DNA of 62,617 nt, filler included, from Asterionella formosa (lineage: Eukaryota), in NCBI GenBank assembly GCA_002256025.1. It is 7 parts of 7 records of this genome, joined end to end, with 100 filler letters (N's around TTAATTAATTAA, not from the genome) between each part and the next. Parts side by side here need not be neighbours in the genome. Positions count along the whole stretch, not along the records: positions 44,838 to 53,677 come from NKIB01011548.1; positions 53,778 to 62,617 come from NKIB01011549.1; 5 more parts are not named here. One strand, written 5' to 3'. The stretch's first letter is position 1; every line of letters starts with the position of its first letter. The translations under genes were made by a program, and so were the position numbers. Below are positions 46,499 through 59,869 of this stretch, piece after piece. A model generated the notes under the pieces. That model made no database searches, was not told where the DNA came from, and saw only the letters and a list, made by a program, of their open reading frames with translations.

Positions 46499-47348
46499 AT
46501 GGAAATCGATGAAGGAATTGTCAACCTTGTAAGTAAGAGCGTTCACTGTTGTGTCATTAAGGAGCTCATCAAGCGCTCTATGCGACGACGATTGTATGAC
46601 TACGGAACGACTTGGTTCAGATACAATCAGAACAATCCACCCTTGTGACACAATCAGAGCAACAAACCATTTGATGCACACTCACCTATTCCAACGTAAT
46701 TTGAATATCTGGTACTCACTCCTCGCAGATCTCCAAGGAAGGAGATTCATTTGCTGTCCCAGTGGTGGTTGCCAAAATGAGTGAACTGGTCAAGTCCATG
46801 ATGGAAGGTGCGTCACATTTCTGACTCGTTCCATACTCTTATCACATGATCCTTCATCGTGCGTGTGTGCTTGTTTGGATACACAATACACACATCTATA
46901 CAGCTCTACAGTTATACAGGCAACTAACTATCTAAATCACTACCCACCTCCAACCACAGAGGACGCCGAGGACGACACCAACGAAATCCCATTGCCCAAC
47001 GTCAAGTCCACTGTCCTTCAAAAGGTGATTGAGTTTTGCGAGCATCACAGGGAAGATCCCATGACGGAAATTGAAAAGCCATTAAAGTCACAAAACATGG
47101 CAGATGTGGTGCAAAAGTGGTATGCTGACTTTTGTGATGTCGAACAAGTCGTTCTCTTTGAACTCATCTTGGCGGCCAATTACATGGACATTAAGCCATT
47201 ATTGGATCTGACCTGCGCCACTGTGGCCAGTATGATTAAGGGCAAGACTCCGGAAGAAATTAGATTGAGGTTTAATATCTGCAACGACTTTTCGCCAGAA
47301 GAAGAAGCTCAAGTGAGGGAGGAGAATAAATGGTGTGAAGAGGCTTAG
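46499..47348 (+). CDS. SKP1: S-phase kinase-associated protein 1
   Basis: Exons 46499-46528, 46729-46807, 46960-47348; [61 protein letters not shown]. Confidence 0.96.
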
Positions 47349-47497
47349 GTATTACTAATATGCACCAGGTAGTGTATATTCATAAACGTAGTATAAGAAA
47401 AAGGAGGACGAAGAGCATGATCCATTTCGAAAATTCATTTATTATTATCATAATTTTGTCCCATTGTTATTAGGTTGAACGTAACGATATATCATGG

Positions 47498-49411
47498 TCA
47501 CTCATCGTCTTGTTCATTTTCACGTCGGTTGCGTCGTTGTGCTCGTTTTGTTTCACTTTCGCGAGATTGAGATTTGCCAGGTCGATTCCCTGCTCTTGGA
47601 TCCAATATTCTCTTGTTTGGATCACTCCTTACTCGTGCTCTATCAGTAGTGGTTCGTCGTGACCTCATGGGCTCCGACTTGAATTCATCGTCCCTTCTTG
47701 TCATTACCTCCTTTCTCCTTACCCGTTCACTTTCACTCTGAAAGAGTGGCTCACCAACACCATCGTGTAGGTTCCATAGCCATTCCTTATAGAGTCTCAA
47801 CCTCCACGAGGATTCTCGCTTAATTGTCTCAGACCAACCTTCACCTAAAATCCGTACACGTAATTCTGCCTCACGTTTCAACAAGTCTCGGAATGTATCA
47901 ATGTCCATCCATAATGGATTGCGAGGTGGATCTGGACGACGTTTAGAGGATGATGCAGTCACAGGTGGTCGTTGTTGTTGTTGCTGCTGCTGTTTCCGAT
48001 CTGGCGGTCGACTCCTCGTTCTTGTGCTAGTATTTGATTCTGGTTCATCTAGCACTGATGATGACGGTCGTCGTTGTCGCTGTGGTAATGGCACGTCTTT
48101 CCGCTCATTGATATCACCAAAAGTATCATCCCTTGATGACAGTGCTGTCTCTACTTTATCACCACCTACCTGGGATGGTGTCGTTGTTGTGGTAGTCGTT
48201 CTTCTTGATTTGTTCTTTTCTAACAATAGCGCTTGAGCCTCATCGTTGTACATGATTCGTACATCATCCTTGAGAACTTGATATTGACTTTGAGATATTT
48301 TCCATTGAGGTGGGATACCACGAGTTGGTCGTTCAATAGAATCTTGAATAATCAATGACAATACATCTGTTTGTAAAAAAGGAATTTCTTCTGGTGTGTA
48401 TCCCAACACTACAAGTGCTTGTAATGGAACACATTGAAGTCGATCTTGTTTGTAGAAATCTCGATAGAGAATGACAAATTCTGGTTCAGTAGCAGTGTTA
48501 GGAGGAGTAGGAGGAGTATCATTAGTAGTACTGAGCATCTCTGATGGTATCTCTATCCTTGAATCGGATACTTCATTACTTGCAGCAGTAGTTGTAGTAA
48601 AAGTACTAGAATCGTCTTGATTGGAAATGAGTGATTCTTCCATGGAAAGTAACGACACAAATTCATTTGTTTCATTGACAGAATCATAATAACCACTAGT
48701 ATCCATAATCAAGTTGGTGTATCGTATAGTGCTCATGACCGAATCCTCCTCGTCAATGAGTGTTGATTCATTGTTGGTTGCTTGGATCGTCTCGTTGGTT
48801 GTTTCATTGTTGGAACCAGTGATATTTTTGTTGTTATTGTTTGATTCTTCCAATTTCTCTGGTTGCAAAATGTCATTTTCATTGTCATTGGATGGTTTGG
48901 TGTCAATTATGGTTTGACGAATGATAGTAGTACTGCTAGTTTTAGTTTTTCCCATATCATCAGGAATACCAGTAGTTGATTCTTCATTCGTCATCAACAT
49001 GTTTGTTTCATTTTGTATACTTGGAGATGAGGGTACTACTACCGGTAGTACCCTCATCGAAGTATCATCCTCACCCAAAACATTTAGTACAAATTCTTGG
49101 TACCATTCTGGATCTTGCTCTGCCACAGTTTTGTACAGTTCATAGATATTGTTGTTGTCGTCGTCGTCTTGTCCATCCTGAATACTACTACTAGTTGTAG
49201 CTCTTAGAAGTGTGATGGTGTTGCTGTGACTATTAATCCGTTGAGCAGCAGCAGCAGCAGCGTCATTTGTAGTACCATAAAGCCGAGGAGATATCCAAAA
49301 AGAAGGAGAAGGAAACTGACGATGAGGCAATAAAGTAAAACAATGGACAATTGATGAACCGGAAATTGCAGCAAAGAACAGGAAAAATTGAAATTGAAGT
49401 AACGCTATCAT
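47498..49411 (-). CDS. Unknown protein, probable plastid presequence, largely low-complexity
   Basis: 637-aa intact ORF; signal peptide ending VHC-FTL; ordered-looking blocks EQDPEWYQEFV and WMDIDTFRDLLKREAELRVRILG..W. Confidence 0.8.
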   Translation of the reverse strand: MIALLQFQFFLFFAAISGSSIVHCFTLLPHRQFPSPSFWISPRLYGTTNDAAAAAAQRINSHSNTITLLRATTSSSIQDGQDDDDNNNIYELYKTVAEQDPEWYQEFVLNVLGEDDTSMRVLPVVVPSSPSIQNETNMLMTNEESTTGIPDDMGKTKTSSTTIIRQTIIDTKPSNDNENDILQPEKLEESNNNNKNITGSNNETTNETIQATNNESTLIDEEDSVMSTIRYTNLIMDTSGYYDSVNETNEFVSLLSMEESLISNQDDSSTFTTTTAASNEVSDSRIEIPSEMLSTTNDTPPTPPNTATEPEFVILYRDFYKQDRLQCVPLQALVVLGYTPEEIPFLQTDVLSLIIQDSIERPTRGIPPQWKISQSQYQVLKDDVRIMYNDEAQALLLEKNKSRRTTTTTTTPSQVGGDKVETALSSRDDTFGDINERKDVPLPQRQRRPSSSVLDEPESNTSTRTRSRPPDRKQQQQQQQRPPVTASSSKRRPDPPRNPLWMDIDTFRDLLKREAELRVRILGEGWSETIKRESSWRLRLYKEWLWNLHDGVGEPLFQSESERVRRKEVMTRRDDEFKSEPMRSRRTTTDRARVRSDPNKRILDPRAGNRPGKSQSRESETKRAQRRNRRENEQDDE

Positions 49412-50097
49412 CTTGTTTATGGAGGTTGAAAGGAATGCGAAATGGAAGTAGTAGTGAATCTATATTCTTGTAGCAGAACAAAGGTCAGCGATGTTAATTT
49501 CATGTCGACAAGGAGAAACAAATTTATAACATAAATGTACTTCCGGTTTGTCATCTCTAAAATACTGTACATGGAAAAAGGACAGGCGGAAGAATTGTTA
49601 CATGTATTGTACCACTGAGTACCGGTATTTCATTTATAAACTGTTAGGTGCAGTTATGTGTAGCAATCATTTACTGACTACTATTCATTTATTATTTAAT
49701 ACAGCGCATTAATATTATTCTTGTGCTTTTGCTTCTCATTCTATCAAGCTAAATACCGGTATATACCGGTAGCGTACAATTGTAATTGCCAAGTGGAACT
49801 CAAAACCCGTTCCATGAGGATACCGGTAGCTACCGCTGTCAGAAGCCATGATAGAGAAATGATACCGTTAGCAGGTAGTTGCGCTAAATGAGAAATTTAG
49901 CTTTGTTTTCCAGATAGTAAGTACCGTCTTTTACCGCAATCCCAACAGGTTACCTAGGTACCCGTAGATAGGAGTTCAAAAGTACCCACCGTAGTTAATT
50001 AATGTGTACTGGTACTCGATACATACGTGGACCGGTGTTGCTCCAATCAAATGCTCACAAGAAAAAACTCGTCTGCACCAGCCAGCAAGCATCGTCT

Positions 50098-50277
50098 NNN
50101 NNNNNNNNNNNNNNNNNNNNNNNNNNNNNNNNNNNNNNNNNNNNNNNNNNNNNNNNNNNNNNNNNNNNNNNNNNNNNNNNNNNNNNNNNNNNNNNNNNNN
50201 NNNNNNNNNNNNNNNNNNNNNNNNNNNNNNNNNNNNNNNNNNNNNNNNNNNNNNNNNNNNNNNNNNNNNNNNNNNNN
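50098..50277. other. Intra-scaffold assembly gap
   Basis: 180 Ns with no linker motif. Confidence 0.95.
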
Positions 50278-51159
50278 GTTTTCTTTCGCATTGCTTGTTG
50301 TCCGAGTTCCATATACCACAATATTACTACTCGGGATACGAATGAAATAAACCCCATCCATCACCTTTCATGGATCCATCTAACCTTACCAATAAGGATC
50401 TTTACGATCATGGCGCTGCCACTCCTACAACTGGTGCAGTATTCCTTATTGTTGCTATTGTTGTTGTCACAACCATGACAATGTCGACTCTAACTATCAC
50501 CAAGTTCCTACGAAAGGGGATACAAGATGGTTGGGCTGCAGCAAGAGCATTAGCAACTGAATACAATGATCAATATATGCATGATTCCTAAAATGGAAAT
50601 CTCGCTGCACATGTTAATTTTTGTCAACTTGGCAAAAATTGGATACATATTGTGGTATTTATTGTCTGTGATACCCACAACATGATGGGATTGCTATGGT
50701 ACAATCATGTCCCCAACAGTTGAGAACAATGGTGTGTAGAAGTGAGGGCGAGAGAAGGACAGCCAAACTTCCACAAAAAAGGACACTTGTTTCATTTCAT
50801 TTCATTGTTGTTTAAAAAGTCATGGTTCTCTCATTCATCTTTTATTATCATAATGGTGGTGGAGAGAAATAAATAAAACTGTGAGTCGCCAAAATAAAAC
50901 TCAAAAGATATACAAGGTGATGAGTGTGGGTCCAGTGTAAAGCTCAGTTCTCCATCTTAATGATAAATATAAATATATATATTTATCATTCAAAGAGAAT
51001 CAAGGGCAAAAAGGACGCGTTCTTTTAGCGAACTGCCCAAACAACAACAGAAACTCATTGGAGGGGGAGTAGGTTGTCGAAATGACAAAATCATCGGTGT
51101 GCGCATAGTATCAAATCCAAGTACCGTATTCGACAAACAAGTAGACATATGTTTGAAAC

Positions 51160-52086
51160 TTACACGTTTTGCTGTTGTTGATGATGTTGTTGTTTCTTGA
51201 TGGATTGTGCCATTTCAAATGGTGGTTGGATTGGTGGTGCAATGGGGTGGAGTGATATTTCTGATGTACTAGGATAGGATCGATCTGAATCCAATTCCTC
51301 CCGAGTATACCCCACCAAGTCTCCACATGCAACAAATGGAACTACTGCAGTGGAAAACCCAATTTCATCGTTTGTGAGTCCCCCAGCTCCTTCGTCAAAG
51401 CCCCCAATGAGTGGTAACTTCCTCCCAGCACGAAAGTTCCGACACACCACAAATGCTTCCATTGATGAATTGCGCGATGCTGATGGCTTGGCAACCTGTA
51501 CATTCTCAAATAGTATTTGTAGTTGTGCATAGAGGAGTTGCACGTCTTTTCCTCTAAAGATCTTTGCAACAAACGTCCCCCCTTTTCCCAAGACATGTGT
51601 CGTAATGTTGACGGCTGCCAAAACCAATTGTCCCTGTAGGTATTCATCAACATCATGTAGTCCAGTAACATCAGGTGCACCATCGCAGACGACCAAATCA
51701 GCCTGTGCTCCCTGAAAGTGCTCAATGATGGAATTTGCCGTGTCGAGCGACGTAATGTCGCCCTGAAGACAAACAACGCCGTCCAGTGGGGCCATGGGTT
51801 GTAAATCCACAGCAACAATGACAGCTGTACAGTAGTTGTTGCTACTGATATTGTTTTTGTCGTCATCATGAGGATCCAGTACAAGCAGCTCTGGGCGTAG
51901 TTTCTCCATCAACACTTGAGACCATGATCCAGGTGCGGCACACAAATCTACAGCACGTTGAACGCCTTTGAATATATGAAAGTGGTTGTCAATCTGAAGA
52001 AGTTTGAAGGCACTTCGAGCTCTGTAGCCAGTTTCCTTGGCACGGCGGTAAAAGACATCTCGTTTGTCTTTAGAGAGACGCGTCAT
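51160..52086 (-). CDS. TRM7: tRNA (C32/G34) 2'-O-methyltransferase, FtsJ family
   Basis: [86 protein letters not shown]. Confidence 0.95.
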   Translation of the reverse strand: MTRLSKDKRDVFYRRAKETGYRARSAFKLLQIDNHFHIFKGVQRAVDLCAAPGSWSQVLMEKLRPELLVLDPHDDDKNNISSNNYCTAVIVAVDLQPMAPLDGVVCLQGDITSLDTANSIIEHFQGAQADLVVCDGAPDVTGLHDVDEYLQGQLVLAAVNITTHVLGKGGTFVAKIFRGKDVQLLYAQLQILFENVQVAKPSASRNSSMEAFVVCRNFRAGRKLPLIGGFDEGAGGLTNDEIGFSTAVVPFVACGDLVGYTREELDSDRSYPSTSEISLHPIAPPIQPPFEMAQSIKKQQHHQQQQNV

Positions 52087-52653
52087 TGCATGTCATTGAT
52101 ACCCAAGTAGTCTAATAACATTACCGGTACATGGAGTGATGGCAGCTAAAGCGAATAAGGATACCGGCAGTCTACTCGATGCGCTACTGATCTGGGAGCG
52201 ATTTACTTAATGTAGTTTCAGCGTCACCTGCCATCCACCAACGTATTTCCATTTTTCACAATCTGTAGCCGAATGAATATGAAAATTCCTGAAAATTAAT
52301 TGTTCGTTGATTGGCTTACACGTGGAGTCCTCTCATCCGGGCGTACCGTTTTATTTCGTCTACCGTACTGTACCGACTGATGGACGTACTCAGGGGTACT
52401 TCGCATACGTATTTTATGATGTACCAGCATGGTCATCGTCATCATCGCTCCCGTTGCTATTGCTTCCCCCCAAAAGGAGGCCAAAATCATCCATGAAATA
52501 TTATCACAAGTGATGGTGCGCATCTGGTTTTCCCTATTACCGCACTCATATTATACTTCATCAAGTACGCACACTCTCTCCTCCAGCCAACGCTAATCCG
52601 CCCTCGGCCATTCGCTATTTACCTGTGCGTATCATCATTAGAACTTTCTTGTC

Positions 52654-53463
52654 ATGAATAATAAGCGCATCACAATCAACTGTAGGAACGTATCAGTAAT
52701 ACTTGTCGTATTGATGTTGTCGTTGGTAGCTGACAATAAAGTGGAATCCTTTTCGGTGTACCATCATAAACAACATCATCATTCTTATGAAACAAGAAAA
52801 ACTGGAAATTCCGGTATTATGAATAGAGTCAATGATGATTATGGTTTCGAAGAATCCATAAAGACACTTGTCACCATTATGTTTCCAGTGATAATGATGA
52901 CCATGGCGGCAAAGCCACTGGCATGCTTTGCTGTTGACGACAATAACAACATCAGTATCATCAGGATAAAGGAATGTGCTACCATTATCAATAACAATTG
53001 TGTCTCCACTGCCAGTGTGAAACAAGTCAATTCATACTTACCACCATGGACTTTTTCTGTTACACCTGATGAAGTTGCAGCTCGCATTAAGGGTGTTGTT
53101 GCTACTGATCCATCGTTGGAACTGGTCCAAGATACAAATAACCGATACTTTGTCATTACAGCGAATCGTGGTGCTGTTGGAGCCAAGGATCAACTAGAAT
53201 TGTTGATTAATGAACAAGATAGTGTTGTTACATTTAGATCGGCAGACATGAATGAGAATCCATCAATATCCGACTTTGGGGCCAATCGGAAAAGATTGGA
53301 AGCCTTTCGCAAGACTGCTGGAGTATTTGGTGTCATGGGAGAAGGTTTGACAGCAGATAGCTTTGAAGGTCGTGGAGAAATCAATGGACCAATGGCACAG
53401 TTAAAGGCTTTTTATGGTCTTCAATCTGGTGAGGGATTTCAAGATGTATTTGATGATGAATAA
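52654..53463 (+). CDS. DUF1499-family-like protein, probably plastid-targeted
   Basis: NCVST, PPW.F, VTFRS, SDFGANRKRLE motifs; signal peptide ending VES-FSV and a second hydrophobic segment. Confidence 0.75.
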   Translation: MNNKRITINCRNVSVILVVLMLSLVADNKVESFSVYHHKQHHHSYETRKTGNSGIMNRVNDDYGFEESIKTLVTIMFPVIMMTMAAKPLACFAVDDNNNISIIRIKECATIINNNCVSTASVKQVNSYLPPWTFSVTPDEVAARIKGVVATDPSLELVQDTNNRYFVITANRGAVGAKDQLELLINEQDSVVTFRSADMNENPSISDFGANRKRLEAFRKTAGVFGVMGEGLTADSFEGRGEINGPMAQLKAFYGLQSGEGFQDVFDDE

Positions 53464-53677
53464 ACATGAAGTGAGACTCTATTATCAATTTTACATATAA
53501 ATACAGTTTGCAATCATGCTGTTATACCATGATACTATTTACCGGCAATGCTTTTACTGTTTATATACGTATATTACAGGAGATCGAAATATTTTGACAT
53601 TCTACCACAAAGACTAACAAATAAATGCAGTTTAGCATAAAATCTGGTGCCAAGTAAAATCGTACATACAAAGTTTA

Positions 53678-53777
53678 NNNNNNNNNNNNNNNNNNNNNNN
53701 NNNNNNNNNNNNNNNNNNNNNTTAATTAATTAANNNNNNNNNNNNNNNNNNNNNNNNNNNNNNNNNNNNNNNNNNNN
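53678..53777. other. Artificial scaffold spacer
   Basis: N44-TTAATTAATTAA-N44. Confidence 0.97.
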
Positions 53778-54922
53778 TATAGCCAAATACTGTATATTAG
53801 AAATGTTAGATTGATTTCTATCAAATTACTTAGATGTTAATACTTTTATTAGTAACTAGCTACTCACCTCAGCACAAGTCATAAATTTTCGACTCTGGTG
53901 ATTAAGCTGCTCCTCATTTAGGACTTGTATGTGTCAAAATAAGCTGATTGGTACTTGAGTCCCTCCAAGTTGCCGTAATTATTTTCAGACAGGGATTACT
54001 ATGTATCCTTTCTCAGAGCGAAATGATGATGCTTGTATAAATTTATGGGCACAATCGCCCATAAGTGCTGGTAAGGTCACCAGACATTCAAAAAAGTTTG
54101 ATAGATACATCATCAGACAAAATTCATAAGAAAAGAATTAATAATTTCTGCACTTTAAAAAAGATTAATTATTTTCCCTTAAAAATGAGGTTGTTGATAC
54201 TGTGCAGCAACCACCAGGGAAACTGAGGAGGATGAATAGTACTATCCATTGGATATAAGTAGTGTAAATAACAAAAAGACAAGCTTAAAACTAATACAGT
54301 CTATTCAATTATTGTGAATTACGGGATTTTTAAGTCAAGCAAAGTAGATATAGATCTGTATTGCAAATCCCTAACTCAAGCAAGCCAATACTAACAATGA
54401 TGTGGCAAGCAACCCATTACAACAAGGTGAAGTGGTGCTAGAACCAAGTGTCACATTTTCAGATATACCGGAACAATTCAAACACCTCCCATAATGCGCT
54501 TCATCTATGCAAATTGATCACTACATGAAGATCTCATCATTCGCCAACAATTTAACTCATGAGCTGATGAAATCACATCACCAAGGAGGATGTTACTTCG
54601 TCGGGTGCAAGTTTCAAATCGAGTCAATCCCACCTGGAGAATCCGATCTTTTCATAATGCACATACATCAGGATGTACAATGAAGAAACATGAGGCGAAT
54701 AATACTTATGTAGCATTTTCGTAATGTACCGGTATGTGATTTTGTATTATAGGTACTCTGTATAAAATAAAAATATAGCTACGAAATATTTTAAAAAACA
54801 CATAAAATTCATGCAAAAATATTCAATCACAAGCCACAACGGATCACCATGACATTGATTCGACAAACGCATTCTCAGCATTCTCTCCCCGTTTATCGCT
54901 TTCCAATTAACACTTTCACACC

Positions 54923-57900
54923 ATGAACAGACTCATCAGGGAATCCTCCGGAAAAGCAGCTGCCCAATCAGAATCACAGCATGTGATGGAACTTGACATA
55001 AGTCACGTTAAGGAATACCAGAACCAAATCAAGGAAGAGTATTTTCCCGGCGACGACCAGTCTGAGGTCATTGTTATTAATAGTGACTGCGACGAGGAGG
55101 ATGAATCATACAAGCTCAATACATCTGATTCATGCGACGAAGAAATGAATGATTCTGAACAACAGCAGGATGGTCACAACAATGACATCGATGTGAATGG
55201 GGAATTTGTTCCCGACTTCACAAAGGCCAACTCGCTTTCGTTCGCACAACTCTGCCGTCGTTTTGAAATGGTTTACAAGCAAAAGCTCAAGGGATCAAAG
55301 AAGCAATCAACTCAAACTCTTGTAGGTTGTCTATTACCTGACAAAATGTACCTATACCTCAACGGTTCGTCGTTCTTTCCGCTACTTCGGCTCATGCTAC
55401 CTGATTTGGACACAAGTCGGCCTCACACAGGCATGCAAGAGCGGACCATTTCAGTAGCGTGGGCAGATGCACTAGGTTTTATCAAACAGAGTCGACCCTA
55501 TCAGAAATTAATACACTTTAATGACCCGACAATTGCAGGACCGAGTGCGGCTGGGGACTTGTCGAAAGTCGTATTCGAAATAATGAAAGATCGATTTCCA
55601 GACAAGCCTTCAAACACTAACATAGGTCAAATCAATGATATGTTGGACGAGCTAGTGACTATCAAGAATCCATTCAAAACGTCTCATGATTGGAGGTCAT
55701 CAATATCTGGCTCCCTGCCCTTGCCTAAAAAGAAGAACATGGCCCACTTGAGACGAAAGTGGACGGAAAAAGTGATAAGTAAAGGATTGTCACCCTTGGA
55801 ACACAAGTGGTTGGTTCGAATATTGTTGCAAAAGCTAGAACTTGGAATTGGATCTAAAACTATTTTGCAGTTCTGGCGTAAATATGCTCTTGATCTGTAT
55901 AAGGGTAACAACAATCTCAAGGCAGTTTGCACGAAACTTTGCGATCCCTATTTTACACGCTCACTGCAGGCAGAAGAAGAACGATTTAAAGAAGCGAATC
56001 GTGGTACTTATATGGAATCATCTGTCACAAAGGCTGAGCTGGGAAATACTATTTCACCCATGTTATCAGGAAGAGTTCTGTTTTCGACAGCTATGAAGGA
56101 ATTGACAGAAATTCATCGTAAGGCTGTTAAGTCTTTTCCAAAAGACGACCCTCGGCGAAATTATTTGCCCATTACTCAACCGTGTTTTATAGCAGAAGTA
56201 AAGCTAGATGGTGAACGAATTGTATGTCACGTTAAAGAAGGAGCTGTAACGATGCAAACCAGAAATTCCGTTTGGTATTCTGATCTCTACTGCCCATCCT
56301 TGGGACCCCCCATTCGCAAGGCATTAGCTAATTGGAATGTCAATGTTATCTTGGATGGAGAGGTTTTATCTTGGGACAATGGAAAGAAGGAGTATGTTCC
56401 TTTCGGGACGAATCGAACTGTCGCACAAGCTCGGAAGATTTATATGGAACATCATGGCTTGCTTGAGCAACGTGATTTGAATTTACATGCTGGAGAGTCT
56501 GATAAGAACACCATGTCTGCGAGTGCTCAACATGTGCTTAGTGATCCAAGTATTGGTGGCAATTGTTGGCTTAAGTATGTACTCTTTGATATTATTTACG
56601 TGGATGGACCAGGGGCGAAAGAGTTACTGGCAACTGCGCTGAGATGCGAAGCTGAATCAGTTTCAACTGGGTCTATCGTCCATTTTAGTTGCTTTGACAG
56701 AAAAAAGATTCTATTTCAATTAGTTGATCCAATCGAGAATCACGTGGAGCATGTTCCTTCTCTGGTAATTAGGCCGGATGGAAAGACAGCGTCAGCGCGA
56801 GATTATTTCTCTTCTTTAAACCCAATCACGATAGCAGGGTATCCAGCATCGATGCTAGACTCTGTTAATTTGGTGCACAAGGGCGATGATATGATTCCAA
56901 ATCGAACAGCCCTCAACGAAAAGCTGAGGGGTGGTCACTCGGACGCTGAATTGAGTCTTCGTCGAACCGAGGCACTGGACCAGTTCTACACTGACATTGT
57001 CATCAATCGCGGGCTAGAGGGCCTCATCCTGAAGGATTTGAATTCAGAATACATAATTGATAGGCGATACCAATGGTTCAAGCACAAGCCTGATAATGAA
57101 GATTACTCTGATATTTCTGACATAGACCTAGTCATCCTTGGAGGATTCTATGGAACAGGTCAGTATCCTTTGCAACTCTTGCATGCTGACAGGCAACCGA
57201 TGTAATAAACGGGAATTTTGATATCTCGCTCACTTATGCTTCTCAACAGGTATGGGCCCGGCTGCCTTTTTGAACTCCTTCCTCTTGGGTTGCGTCGACC
57301 CTGAGAATCCAGAGAGTTTCTTCTCGTTTTGCAAAATTAACGGTGGCGGCACTTCTCGCAAAATGTTGGAAAGTGTGTTGACTGAAACTGGCTATCACCG
57401 GCAAACCATTGAAAAAAAATATAGCACGGGAAAATGGTTTAAGGAAAAGGATCACGATCAAAGAAAACATTTCCCTGACTTCATCTCTAAGCGCTCGTTC
57501 CAATTCCACGGGAATCCCGACAAAGTGGTGATTGCATCCAAAATATACCCCGACTTGTGGATCCATCCCGAAGATTCTATCATCGTAACTGTGAAGGCTG
57601 CCGAGATAGTTGTTTCGTCAAGCTTTTCTGCTGGGATTACTCTTCGATTTCCTCGCATCAGCCGTGTCCGAATGAAGAATTCCGCTGACGACAAACCATC
57701 GCGTCATGTGGAGTCAGTTGATGCGTTGCATCAACGGTATCGTGAAATGATGCAGATCAGAGAAGGATCTGGTGACATTTCGTTCCAAAGTGGATCTCCA
57801 TACAAATGTGGTGCTGATCGACCTTCAAGGCGATTCTTGACAGTTGAAGAATCCCTCAAGAAGAAGAGTACGAGGCCAAAACGGAGTCAAATTAATGACA

Positions 57901-59054
57901 TGATAACTTGGAAGATGCCGACAGTAGACAGAAAGCAAAGCTCCGCACTTGATGGTTTGAATTTTGTCGTACTTGAAGGAACTTATGTCGTCGATGAAAT
58001 CGATGAGGAAGAAGCCAGACAAATGGAGTGGTGGGACTCAATCAAGGACATCAAGACACGAGAGGATGTCATGCGCTTTATCCTTGCCCACAGTGGTTCC
58101 TTGATGCTCACTGCGGAAAAGTCGACGAATATTGTCCTCGGTGGTAGCCCGGAAGATGCTCGTGTGATTAAGCACTACGAGGGCCTTGAGGCTGCTATGA
58201 AAGACAAGATAGCACCGAGAAATAGAAAAGGCATGACAGTGGATGAAATGGTTCAGATTGGTGGCGTTATCAAATGGAGTTTCATCTTTTCCGTCGTGAA
58301 CAAGTTCATTAAGGAAATTAAGGACCAAGTGAAGGCTGATGGGGAAATCCAAAAAATTTTCCCAGGGGAAGCTAGTATTCAAAAGACTCACAGCCATCTC
58401 TTGAAACCTACTCGACATGACTACCTTCGCGCAAGTGCAGTTCTTCTTGGCAGCAATGACAACGTTTACGGAATAAGTTTAAATGAGAAATTGACTCTGG
58501 CATCCTTTAAGCGAGGGCTGGCCGAGGTGCAACGAACAGAAGGCAGAGACAAACGAGCCAGGGGTGGTCCTGCATCTGTAATTCTTCCTTGGCAACAGGC
58601 GGCAATGCGATTTCCCCTGGAACACCGATGGGTTTTTGGAACACCACAGACTAAATTCTGGACGTGGAAGCAGGGTTCTAATGATCCTACTAAAACTGTT
58701 GTTGTTTACCCGGACTTGTTTGGTGAAGATTTGGGTTTAAGAGAAGATGAAAGTGATGATTTGGTTCGTTGGGCAAGCGTAGACAACGACATCGGCAGCA
58801 TCACGGCGTGTTTGCCGTTGATTCGTGGCATGGGAGCCAAGGTTTCAGCTCACCTTCATAAAGGCGTAACGCATGTACTTTGCAACTTGGTTGACTCCAT
58901 TAGCGTTCAATGTCGTGATTTCGATGTTACAAAATTTTGCAATCCCAAGGTAGCGAGACGCATTCGGACGAGACTTTCCATGTTGCACCCCAATGGTGAA
59001 AATCCCGTCCTCTTTGTTTCTCCTGAATGGGCCCGAGCGAAGTATGATGAGTAG
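54923..59054 (+). CDS. LIG4: DNA ligase IV (ATP-dependent, NHEJ)
   Basis: Exons 54923-57158 and 57250-59054 (91-nt GT-AG intron), 1346 aa; motifs EVKLDGER, ILDGEV, LFDII, EGLILK, WFKHKPD, DLVILGG, LRFPRISRVR; BRCT-like C-terminal segments. Confidence 0.92.
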
Positions 59055-59081
59055 AGTCCTAAAGCAAATTCAAAATTTCTT

Positions 59082-59858
59082 TTACGACTTCCAAAAAAAT
59101 TCTTGGATTCGAAAACCGTCGGTAGAATCGAGAGAGTCGCATAAGATATTCCGCCCCAATCCGTGAGCAGCACAAACATTGTCGATCTCAGTTTCAGTTT
59201 TATCGTCATATGGAAAACTTTGGGACAGAATAAAAATGGCTTCATTGTTTCCTTTATCTAACAATGCAGCAGCTGTGATTATCAACGGTTTGACAACATC
59301 AAAATCATAAATGAGGTCAGAGCCTAGTATCATATCAAATTTGGCGCTGTCTCGCATGACGACAGACTGGAGCTTGCCAAGTACACCCTTGGCTGCAGCT
59401 TCATCACCCCAAGATAGTGGCTCCCACAAAGTTGAAACAGAAATGATTTGGTTTACTAAATGTTGGTCGGAAAACACTTCTTCGCACGTCGTCTCGTGGT
59501 TATCCTTCGCTCGTTCTAGTGTGCCTGGATCATGATCAGTCATTACCAAACACTCAAGACCGGTAAAAACTTGCAATGCAGTTAGCGACAGCAGTCCACA
59601 TCCAGCACCCAACTCTATTATTGCCATTGGTGTTTCATGGCGCTCAATTAAATGCTCTGCAAGGGCAGGCGCGGCTGGCCAAAGGTAGTGGCCACTCTGA
59701 ATCGCACCAGGATCACCATCCGCGCGCTTAAGGGAAATTTTGATGGCACGGTCTCCCTTCGTCCAAGAAAAGCTTTCCAATGTCGATGGTGCTGCTCCCT
59801 CAAACATGAATCCCATGTCTGCAAAGCAAGCGGCCTCGTCGTCGTTTTCAATCGTCAT
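59082..59858 (-). CDS. Lysine methyltransferase, family 16 (METTL21/23-like)
   Basis: SGHYLWPAA, IELGAGCGL, MTDHD, LSWG, ILGSDLIY; the start lies next to an N gap. Confidence 0.88.
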   Translation of the reverse strand: MTIENDDEAACFADMGFMFEGAAPSTLESFSWTKGDRAIKISLKRADGDPGAIQSGHYLWPAAPALAEHLIERHETPMAIIELGAGCGLLSLTALQVFTGLECLVMTDHDPGTLERAKDNHETTCEEVFSDQHLVNQIISVSTLWEPLSWGDEAAAKGVLGKLQSVVMRDSAKFDMILGSDLIYDFDVVKPLIITAAALLDKGNNEAIFILSQSFPYDDKTETEIDNVCAAHGLGRNILCDSLDSTDGFRIQEFFWKS

Positions 59859-59869
59859 GATGGTCGATT

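Noticed and set aside
46529..46728. C/D snoRNA in SKP1 intron 1 (gattgta/tacaatc stem)
   Set aside because: The enclosed region is only ~25 nt and the boxes are non-canonical.
50002..50591. ORFs spanning or adjoining the N gap
   Set aside because: Their length comes from Ns; no recognisable protein.
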